64,000 nucleotides of DNA from Chlamydiota bacterium (lineage in GTDB: Bacteria; Chlamydiota; Chlamydiia; Chlamydiales; RGXB01), in assembly GCA_947494155.1 (NCBI GenBank), contig CANLTW010000002.1, positions 1,488 to 65,487 of the forward strand. Direction: 5' to 3'. Below the pieces are notes generated by a model, which made no database searches, was not told the DNA's origin, and was given only the letters and a program-made list of their open reading frames with translations. The position numbers were made by a program, and so were the translations under genes. Below are positions 48,294 through 56,287 of the stretch, one piece after another (the first letter of the stretch is position 1; every line of letters starts with the position of its first letter).

Positions 48294-48836
48294 ATGGCAC
48301 TCAATCGCTGGATCATAAACTTAGCCCTTTTAGGTTTTACCGCATTACCTATCAGCGCAAAAGAAAAAGCCCCAAAAATGGCCTACGGATTCGTCAATTT
48401 CGAGACCTGCGTCACAAATAGCCTTCGTGGAAAGAAAGAACGTGAACTCTTGGACAAGCAAAAAACTGAAATGGAAAAGATCCTCAAAGATCTCGAAGTG
48501 CAGTTGAATGATACGCATAAAAAGCGCTCCGACCAGGACTATCTTGACGCCCTATCCCCTCAAGCGATTGATGAGCTCAACCAGACTTACCAAAATCAGA
48601 TCGAAGACATAAAAAAGGCGCAATCTCAGTACTATCAAGTGCTTCAGCAAGCTCAAGGAAGAGTCTATAACGTCATCCATACTGAAATCAAAAGAGCCTC
48701 TGAGAAGGTTGCCAAAGACCGTAACCTTGAGTCCGTTTTGCAATCAGACGCGGCATTCTTTTCCAACAGTGATCTTGATATCACAGAATATGTCGTAAAA
48801 GAAATGGACCGACTATTTTCTCAAGATTCCAAATAA
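48294..48836 (+). CDS. skp: Periplasmic chaperone Skp/OmpH
   Basis: A 180-aa protein with a signal peptide and long charged coiled-coil arms. It occupies the conserved position between bamA and lpxD. Confidence 0.7.
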   Translation: MALNRWIINLALLGFTALPISAKEKAPKMAYGFVNFETCVTNSLRGKKERELLDKQKTEMEKILKDLEVQLNDTHKKRSDQDYLDALSPQAIDELNQTYQNQIEDIKKAQSQYYQVLQQAQGRVYNVIHTEIKRASEKVAKDRNLESVLQSDAAFFSNSDLDITEYVVKEMDRLFSQDSK

Positions 48837-48904
48837 AGCACTAACCCCTCCCCCATAAAGAGGGGTTTAACATTCCCTTGAAAGAACTCTTTTAGGTCCA
48901 AATT

Positions 48905-49951
48905 ATGCTCCTGAAATCCTCCTCATTTAAAACATTTACTCTTCAACAACTTGCCTCTCTTCTTAACGCCGAAGCGGTAGGTTCTTTAGAAACCGAGATC
49001 AACAGTGCAGATGATCTTCTTACCGCAACTCAAGAGGACATCTCCTTTTACTCCAACGAGAAGTATTACTCACAATTTGCCTCCTCAAAAGCGGGGATTA
49101 TTTTAGTCGGGCCTGATGTCGAACTTGTGGAGGGGAAAGCCTACCTCATCCATCCCAAACCCTCTTTAGCTTTTCAAACTGTGTTGCAATTTCTTTTTGA
49201 GCATCGAGACATCCGCTCGGGATTCAAGGATATTCACCCAACGGCTGTAATCCACCCAACCGCTAAGATTGGAGAAGGGGTGCGGATTGGACCAAATGTA
49301 GTGATCGATAGAGAGGTTGTAGTCAGCGACTTTACACAAATTGATGCCGGGTGTGTGATCTATCCGCTTGTCCAGATTGGAAAATACTGCCATTTTTATG
49401 CAAATGTTACAGTGCGCGAAGAGGTAATCATCAAAAATAGGGTGATTCTTCAGCCCAATTGTGTGATCGGGGGCTGTGGTTTTGGCTACGAGTCTGATGT
49501 GCACCGTGGGGTCGTAAAATTGGAGCACTATGGTAAAGTGATTTTAGAAGATGATGTTGAGATTGGCTCGGGCACAACGATCGACCGTGCTCGCTTTAAA
49601 TCTACAAGAATAGGCCGTATGACCAAAATCGACAACCTCGTACAAATTGGTCATAATGTCGATATTGGAATGGCTAATTTCATCGTGGCTCAAGTGGGGA
49701 TTGCAGGATCTACGAAAGTAGGTGATCGAGTGCAGATCGGGGGGCAAGCGGGACTTAATGGCCATATTAAAATTGGATCAGACGTCCAAATCGGAGCTAA
49801 GTCGGGGGTAATGGCCTCTATTCTTGAGCCTGGGATGTATGTGGGATTGCCCGCAGGACCCGCTATGGATCAAGGAAGACTTCATACACGACTAAAAAAG
49901 CTGGATCAGTTATTTAAACGTGTAGATGCCTTGGAAAATTCTAAGGGTTAA
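48905..49951 (+). CDS. lpxD: UDP-3-O-acylglucosamine N-acyltransferase
   Basis: A left-handed beta-helix with hexapeptide repeats ([LIV]G.... periodicity through IGEGVRIGPNVVI...IGHNVDIG...IGGQAGL...IGAKSGV). The N-terminal LpxD-specific domain is present. Length is 348 aa. Confidence 0.9.
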   Translation: MLLKSSSFKTFTLQQLASLLNAEAVGSLETEINSADDLLTATQEDISFYSNEKYYSQFASSKAGIILVGPDVELVEGKAYLIHPKPSLAFQTVLQFLFEHRDIRSGFKDIHPTAVIHPTAKIGEGVRIGPNVVIDREVVVSDFTQIDAGCVIYPLVQIGKYCHFYANVTVREEVIIKNRVILQPNCVIGGCGFGYESDVHRGVVKLEHYGKVILEDDVEIGSGTTIDRARFKSTRIGRMTKIDNLVQIGHNVDIGMANFIVAQVGIAGSTKVGDRVQIGGQAGLNGHIKIGSDVQIGAKSGVMASILEPGMYVGLPAGPAMDQGRLHTRLKKLDQLFKRVDALENSKG

Positions 49952-49959
49952 AAAGGCTT

Positions 49960-50892
49960 ATGATTACAAACTATATCAAACAGACCGAGCAGGACCAGTT
50001 CCAGGTAGTGGATGACCCCAAACCTGGCTGCTGGATTCATGTAGATATGGCTACTAATCAAGATATCACCACAATAGCCCATTTAATCAATATCGATGTA
50101 GCAGACCTCATAGACTGTATTGACCGCTTTGAGATCCCTCGCCTAGAAACTTTTGATGATGTAGCTATTGTTATCACCCGATATCCGTCTAAAACTACCA
50201 CGTCGACCGATATTGGATTATATACCACAACATTCGCAATGGTTTTGTCCAAAGACTATTTTATTACTATTTGTACCGAGAAAAGTTCTCTGGTAAAAAA
50301 TGTTGTCAATCGAAAGAGTGATCTATTGACGGCTCAAAAGACGCGCCTGCTTGTCCTTTTTTTAGGAAAAATTACCCAAGAGTATACTGTAAATATCAAA
50401 TTAATCCGCTCAAATGTCTTGCACCAAGAAAAAGATTTGGGTCAAATCGATTCAGATGATATTAATGCGATGACAATTTATGAAGAAAATCTTAACCAGT
50501 ATCTTTCTGCGCTTGTCCCGTTGCGCTCTGTCTTCGACCAAATTAGCTTAGGAAAGATTTCTTTATTGATAGAGGAGGATCAAGATCTTATTGAAGGGCT
50601 TGTCCATGCGATTCGACAGTCGGAAGATCTTTGTAAAATCAATATGCGCAGTTTAGCAAGGCTCCGTAACTCCTACCAAATCATTTTTACTAATCAGCTT
50701 AACAAAACGATCAAACTCTTGACCGCCTTGACGATCATTCTAAATATCCCCACTATGATTGCTAGTATTTACGGGATGAATATCAACCTCCCCGGCCAAG
50801 ACCTTGCTAATGCCTGGCTTTTTATTATGGTGATGATCTTTGGCGGAACGCTTGCCGGTTTTGTCTATTTTAGAAAAAATAAATGGCTCTAA
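49960..50892 (+). CDS. CorA-family divalent-cation transporter
   Basis: A cytoplasmic N-terminal domain is followed by two C-terminal TM helices. The signature YGMN (ASIYGMNINLPG) lies at the end of TM1. Confidence 0.75.
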   Translation: MITNYIKQTEQDQFQVVDDPKPGCWIHVDMATNQDITTIAHLINIDVADLIDCIDRFEIPRLETFDDVAIVITRYPSKTTTSTDIGLYTTTFAMVLSKDYFITICTEKSSLVKNVVNRKSDLLTAQKTRLLVLFLGKITQEYTVNIKLIRSNVLHQEKDLGQIDSDDINAMTIYEENLNQYLSALVPLRSVFDQISLGKISLLIEEDQDLIEGLVHAIRQSEDLCKINMRSLARLRNSYQIIFTNQLNKTIKLLTALTIILNIPTMIASIYGMNINLPGQDLANAWLFIMVMIFGGTLAGFVYFRKNKWL

Positions 50893-51070
50893 TCCTCAAA
50901 ACCCTCCTCATCGAAAAAAATTAAATCCTTTTTTGTTTAAAACAGTTACCTATAAAATACTCTCTTTAATTCCATCCATTTATTTAAACACCCATCTCCT
51001 ATTTTTAGTTCAATAGTAAAACGCACTTTCGAATTGAGACTTCTAAGATGAAATAGTCAAAAAAATCCTG

Positions 51071-53665
51071 CTAGGTAAGGGCAAAATAGCTGATAAACAA
51101 TGTGATGATAGACCAAACAGGCCAATAAAAATACCGAACATACAAAAAGAATCTCTCATCTTGCCCAATTTTTTGAATTAGGCTCATCGCTTGCACGACA
51201 ATAAGAAGTACCAATGAACCAATATAAACATTTTCAAGAAACGACAAGATTCTGTTTCCTAGGTATCCTCTAAAGCTCACGTACATCAGCAAGACGATAA
51301 ACATCACTGACCCCCATACCGGGATGAAAGTCTTGATATCATCACCCAGCTTCCTTGTAATAAAACTCTGGTACAAGATCGCAAGACCAATTAGCAAAGG
51401 GAGAAGATAGCAGGCAATTACGTGAACGATCCCCCTTTTAAAAACAAATTCGTATTGTAATATAGGGATCTCAATACCTTCTTTTTTGATATATTTACAA
51501 CCCGTTTTAACGAAATCAATCCCCTGAATCTGTAACCGGGATAGTTCCTCTAAATTTTCAAAATCGGGGACAAAAAGAATTTTTTCGTTCGATGCGATCT
51601 GCAACGGTAGTGTTAACTGCCTGGGATTAAAAGGGAACTCTTTAAATTCTGAGTCATCTATATAATCATAGTTAAAAAAATATTTCGGGGGTGATTCCTG
51701 ATTGCTTCTAAGGGTATTTACTCCAGCTATTGCCGTGTAGATATATAGGTCTGTTTTTTCGTCTATTTGTGAGGAAAAATAACCCGCTGCATTTACAATG
51801 TCTATCCCTTTAATCCAAAAACCATCAACCATAAGATTTACCGGTACCAACCTAAGCGGTTCCTCATGGAAAAGATCGTAAGCTTGTTTTATAGATTCTA
51901 CTTGGTTCAAGATCTCCTCTTTATTTGAAAGGACGCTCTTTTGTTCTTCCTTTATGCGATCTTGCAAAATATTAAAGGCGAATACTTGGTAAATTAATAC
52001 GCACAATAAAAAACCGAAGGAGGCAATCGGTAGTACTCTAAAAGAAAAAATCGTATCGAACTGGGTAAAAATCCAAAACAAAACGGAAAGGATAAACAGA
52101 GTGAAAAAAAACAGAAAATGGATTAAAAAAATCTGTTTTGAAAAAGCCACTTTTAACCCCGTTGAGCTAGTGATGAAGTTCCATTTAGCTGCTGGGATAT
52201 TTAACAAAAGGTCAGGATTTGTGGTGATCTGATATTGGTATAAAAAGTGCCCCTCCTGGTCGGTAATAGAAAAGGGTTGACTGTAGGTATGGACCAATAT
52301 TTCCAGAATATCATTGATCGTATTTCCCTCTACAACAATCGAGCATGAGCCTTGATTTCCAATATTTTTTTGGGTTGAGAAAATAAATATAGACCCAAGT
52401 ACGGGATCATTAATTGGCCCCTCAATTTTGAAGTCCTCTGTATATGGATTAGGGAGTAACGTGGTGGGGACCCAGTTGAATTTGTTAAGGGTTAGAGTCT
52501 CTTGATAAACCCCATTTAGAGGTTTTTCGTAAAAATTTACCGCTAAAATACCATACCTATTTAACTGCTCAAGAATTGCGTCATTGGGTCTATTCAACCC
52601 ATACTTTAAGGTAACAAAAGTTTCCAAAACACCTTTAAACTCTTCCAGATATTGGTTGATCTTTACAACAGCACTCCTCGCTGCAAAGTTAAAGGCAGAC
52701 TTTTGCGCTTCGACTGAATCTTTTTTCTCTTTTAAGTAGGCAATACCTAAATACCCTGCTGCACATCCAAGCAAAATGACCAAAAAAATCACCATATGGG
52801 AAAAAACGCTATAACACTTCATTATGCCTGTTATAGAGCAACTATTTTTAGACTCGCTGAAAGGGAGTACAAGACAGCTAATAAGCAAAAGAAATAGGAC
52901 AAACGCCTCGATATAAATCAGGACTGAGTAAAAAGAATAGCTTTCAAGTACAAACCCAAATTTTATATCTGGAAGGTAAAAACAAGCGTAATTTTTGGTG
53001 CCAATTAGACCTATACTCTCTAAAATCTTGTTTTCACCGCTAAGTGCCTGTTGAATAACGTTTGAGCTAACTTTTAGATTTCTGTCAAATTCAATTGGAC
53101 TTGATAACCCATCCTGATAAACATACATCGAGCTGCTGAAATAGTCGTTTTGCGTACCTTGTAAAAATTCCTCGATAAGGAGATCTGCTCGCATAAAACG
53201 AAAAAGGGCGTAGTTCTCGATTTTTTCATTTTTTTTCAAAGGATAGATATAGAAGATCTCGGGTTTAGCACGATTTAACCCACTTATTGTTGCCCACTGA
53301 GGTGTCTGAGAGAGGGGAGATATGAGGAGTAAATCATCTATATTTTTGGTAGAAGGAAGCTGATTAAATTGAGGATCGGTAGTCTTAATAAGCTGTCTAT
53401 TTGCGTCAAAAATGTAGATCGTTAGATTACACGGCAGCCTTGATGTGGGATCTTTAAAGGCTTTTTCAGCTAAAGAATTCAAAAAAACTTGCTTCGATTC
53501 TACGTTTTTATAGATTGTCTTCTGTATTAACAAAAAATTGTTTAGACATTTTTGCTGTTCCTTTTCCCTTTCGGCTTTAAAGGTAAAAACAAACACCCCT
53601 AAACCGATAGAAAAGGCGAGAATCCATCCACAAAATTGAACCTCCCATCTTTTTAGGAACCCCAT
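51071..53665 (-). CDS. 864-aa, roughly 9-TM protein: two Cache-like periplasmic domains followed by a C-terminal pLGIC-like module (short beta-sandwich plus M1-M4)
   Basis: Hydrophobic segments lie at about aa 12-28, 245-268, 287-310, 512-533, 544-566, 746-768, 781-800, 806-830 and 841-862. The C-terminal module (about aa 600-864, nt 51071-51868) shares motifs with the neighbouring pLGIC gene. Examples are FPFNPRQLTLPLQIAS, ILFVPD, QYEFVFKR and the M1 Pro in YLLPLL. The start overlaps the upstream binding-protein gene by 13 nt. Confidence 0.5.
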   Translation of the reverse strand: MGFLKRWEVQFCGWILAFSIGLGVFVFTFKAEREKEQQKCLNNFLLIQKTIYKNVESKQVFLNSLAEKAFKDPTSRLPCNLTIYIFDANRQLIKTTDPQFNQLPSTKNIDDLLLISPLSQTPQWATISGLNRAKPEIFYIYPLKKNEKIENYALFRFMRADLLIEEFLQGTQNDYFSSSMYVYQDGLSSPIEFDRNLKVSSNVIQQALSGENKILESIGLIGTKNYACFYLPDIKFGFVLESYSFYSVLIYIEAFVLFLLLISCLVLPFSESKNSCSITGIMKCYSVFSHMVIFLVILLGCAAGYLGIAYLKEKKDSVEAQKSAFNFAARSAVVKINQYLEEFKGVLETFVTLKYGLNRPNDAILEQLNRYGILAVNFYEKPLNGVYQETLTLNKFNWVPTTLLPNPYTEDFKIEGPINDPVLGSIFIFSTQKNIGNQGSCSIVVEGNTINDILEILVHTYSQPFSITDQEGHFLYQYQITTNPDLLLNIPAAKWNFITSSTGLKVAFSKQIFLIHFLFFFTLFILSVLFWIFTQFDTIFSFRVLPIASFGFLLCVLIYQVFAFNILQDRIKEEQKSVLSNKEEILNQVESIKQAYDLFHEEPLRLVPVNLMVDGFWIKGIDIVNAAGYFSSQIDEKTDLYIYTAIAGVNTLRSNQESPPKYFFNYDYIDDSEFKEFPFNPRQLTLPLQIASNEKILFVPDFENLEELSRLQIQGIDFVKTGCKYIKKEGIEIPILQYEFVFKRGIVHVIACYLLPLLIGLAILYQSFITRKLGDDIKTFIPVWGSVMFIVLLMYVSFRGYLGNRILSFLENVYIGSLVLLIVVQAMSLIQKIGQDERFFLYVRYFYWPVWSIITLFISYFALT

Positions 53666-54864
53666 TTATTCCCCCACTCTTTGTACCAGATGATCATCTG
53701 TTCCTGCCATTCCTTTTTAGTCTTTAAGGAGGGATAGGGTTCGGGTGGGATAGGATTAATAGTTCTCCATACAATCTGGGGCGTCTGTTTATGAAACACC
53801 TTTGCTAATATGATATTTCGATACAGATAAAAAGAGGTGTTAAATCCGATAATCCCTTCTGCTGCATGAATCCCCTGCCCATCAAGGACTTTTTTTAGAT
53901 TTACACGAGACCCATTTTTAGCCATTTCATAGGTATTTGCCCACATTTTTACCCCATTGTAGGCTATTTCCATAGGATCATTAATCACTATTTTTGGATC
54001 AATCCTATTACGAAGTCTTGCTAAAAACTCAAGGTTTATTTCCTCTTTAAGATTTTGAAAATAGCTCCAACATAAAAAATGATTTTGAAGCTCTACACTC
54101 CATGTCTGTATAAGATCTTCGGTAACACTTAATGAGATTATAGCCGTTTTCTTGAGTTGGTCATCATTTTCCAAAAGAGTGAAAAGATTACGATTCCCCT
54201 CCCCATTAATCAAATTAATTATTACATCAGGTTTAGCAAGTCGAATTTTGGCTACCGCTTGAGTAAAATTTTTTTCGCTTAAAGACACTAGCTCACTCCC
54301 AACAATTTCAGCCCCCTGACTTGGCATGTACAAACGTAAAATCTCTAGGGAGGCTTTTGGGTAGATGTAATCAGAACCGATAACATAAAACCTTTTGCCT
54401 ATATTTTTTAAGGCCCAGCTGGCCGCAGGTAAAAGCTGTTGGTTTGGGGCGACTCCTAAATATAAGATATGGGGAGAATCCTCTAACCCCTCAAATTGGA
54501 CAGGATAAAAAAGAATTCCTCCCCTTTTTTCTAAAACCTCGTTTACCGCCTTGCGACTTGCTGAAGTCCAGGTTCCAAAAATTGTAGTTGCCCCCTGGTC
54601 TAACAATCGATTCGCCCCAAGCGCAAACTGTACCGGGTCAGAGGCTCCGTCTTCAACTAGAGGCTCTACCAGCTCGCCATTTATCCCTCCCCCCTGATTG
54701 ATCTCATCAATCGCCGCTAAAGTAGCTAGTAGGACTGGAACCTCGCTTTGCGCCAAGTCTCCTGTCCGAGAATGGAGAATACCCACTTTGATGTTAGCTT
54801 TTATATAAAATGAATATATAAAAAATAATACAAAAAAGACCCTTAGTAAACGCTTGTGATGCAT
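53653..54864 (-). CDS. UrtA/AmiC-family (type 1) periplasmic urea/short-amide-binding protein, with no linked ABC transporter genes
   Basis: It has an N-terminal signal/anchor (LLRVFFVLFFIYSFYIKA). This is followed by UrtA-like motifs as I remember them. These are IKVGILHSRTGDLAQSE, AIDEINQGGGINGELVEPLVEDGASD, IFGTWTSASRKAV, LFYPVQFEGLE, YVIGSDYIYP and DPMEIAYNGVKMWA. Confidence 0.7.
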   Translation of the reverse strand: MHHKRLLRVFFVLFFIYSFYIKANIKVGILHSRTGDLAQSEVPVLLATLAAIDEINQGGGINGELVEPLVEDGASDPVQFALGANRLLDQGATTIFGTWTSASRKAVNEVLEKRGGILFYPVQFEGLEDSPHILYLGVAPNQQLLPAASWALKNIGKRFYVIGSDYIYPKASLEILRLYMPSQGAEIVGSELVSLSEKNFTQAVAKIRLAKPDVIINLINGEGNRNLFTLLENDDQLKKTAIISLSVTEDLIQTWSVELQNHFLCWSYFQNLKEEINLEFLARLRNRIDPKIVINDPMEIAYNGVKMWANTYEMAKNGSRVNLKKVLDGQGIHAAEGIIGFNTSFYLYRNIILAKVFHKQTPQIVWRTINPIPPEPYPSLKTKKEWQEQMIIWYKEWGNKWGS

Positions 54865-54990
54865 AACAACTCCCTTAAGACAGAGAAGATTTAAGCTTCA
54901 ATAGTTTTTTTTGAAAAAAATTTTATTAATTTACGCAAAAATTTTAGAACTGAATGCTCTAGATAAAAACAGCCATAGATTTTTCTTATC

Positions 54991-56067
54991 TTAACTGAAT
55001 GCCAAAACGGGCAACATAATATTGATCAATATATACCATACTCCGATGGTGATCCATGATGCCATATCAATCGCTTTAGAGAACTCTTGTTCATTTTTTC
55101 GCAGGTAAAAATATCCTGAAAGTAAAGTCGCAGCCACACAAATAGTAATTGTCAATAAACCAACCAAAGTCACTAAATCGGTTAATCCAAAATCTCCAGA
55201 TGGGGGCATCAATGCGTTGACCATATACGTATTTGCTACCGCACCAAAGTATGCCGCAGAGGGTATACCATACCTTGGGCCAGTATCTGAAGGGCGGATA
55301 AAAAAGCTACCCAAGGTGAGGAAAACACCCGCAAACATACCGATAAATAGTTTTATATAGAATCCAAACCCTACTCGTTTTAATCTTAGAGCAAAGTTAT
55401 ACTGACTATAAGTGGTATAGTCCCCCTCATTTAGCAGTGGATCTCCGTAATTTGTCTGGTAGGTATGAGGCTCTGAATATTGTGAGAAATTTTTAATAAC
55501 AAATCCGGGAACATTCAATCTAGGACTCTTGTTACTGGAAGAGTCAGGAATATAGACCAGTTTTGTGTCATCCAAGACCGCATCCTCTATCGAGATAGTG
55601 AGCACATGAGACTCTAAAGGCAGTAGCATCGTATTAAAAAAATTCGTAATTCTCGCTTCCACCCTGTAGCACTGATAATGTAAGCCCTCTGGACTAACGT
55701 AGCTATCCTCCAAAATTTTACTGTTTATTTTGCCATCAACTAAATAAAAGGCTTTACCAGGATCTAATCCATCTTCCCCTACCCATCTAAACCATACGTA
55801 ATAAGTAGCAATCCAGTAGGATTCTTTTATCGAGACCGTCTCTATACTGTCTAAGTATATGCCCGTGCTAACCTTTACAGCCCCCTTTTCATCTCTTTCA
55901 GGTGAAACTATTGAAGTTTCTTTTAATTGATCCAGTGCAATTTTGGATCCGTGACTTTTATTGATGATAACAACAGAAAAAAAACCTATCACTAAGTACA
56001 ATAGAGTAAGACCTATCACCAGAATTTTGATATATTTTTGTTGAGAACTGGAAATATTTTTGAACAT
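54991..56067 (-). CDS. Prokaryotic pentameric ligand-gated ion channel (GLIC/ELIC-type pLGIC) homologue
   Basis: An N-terminal signal/anchor helix is followed by an extracellular beta-sandwich pattern. That pattern includes VKVSTGIYLDSIETVSIKESYWIATYYVWFRW and a Cys-loop-equivalent LLPLESHVLTISIED. Next come the pre-M1 LRLKR, M1 through M3, a very short M3-M4 loop, and M4 (ASWITIGVWYILINIMLPVLAF). It aligns colinearly, by eye, with GLIC as I recall it (LTVNTGIYL..., YPFDSQTLHIYL, LRISRQYF...). Confidence 0.7.
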   Translation of the reverse strand: MFKNISSSQQKYIKILVIGLTLLYLVIGFFSVVIINKSHGSKIALDQLKETSIVSPERDEKGAVKVSTGIYLDSIETVSIKESYWIATYYVWFRWVGEDGLDPGKAFYLVDGKINSKILEDSYVSPEGLHYQCYRVEARITNFFNTMLLPLESHVLTISIEDAVLDDTKLVYIPDSSSNKSPRLNVPGFVIKNFSQYSEPHTYQTNYGDPLLNEGDYTTYSQYNFALRLKRVGFGFYIKLFIGMFAGVFLTLGSFFIRPSDTGPRYGIPSAAYFGAVANTYMVNALMPPSGDFGLTDLVTLVGLLTITICVAATLLSGYFYLRKNEQEFSKAIDMASWITIGVWYILINIMLPVLAFS

Positions 56068-56287
56068 GCTAATTTTTCTCTTTTTAAAAACGGCCAGTTT
56101 TTCAAGGCTCTATTTTTTAAATAAGGTCTTTATGCCACTAATTGTCTTTCTCTTAAAACATGGTAATAAAACCTGCAATATTTTTATTTTCATGAATTTT
56201 TTACGAAAAAAACTCATTTGGAAAATTTATGCAATATCAAGTAACTTGTTAAATATCTCATTTTTAATTTGAACAAAATAGACTAAA

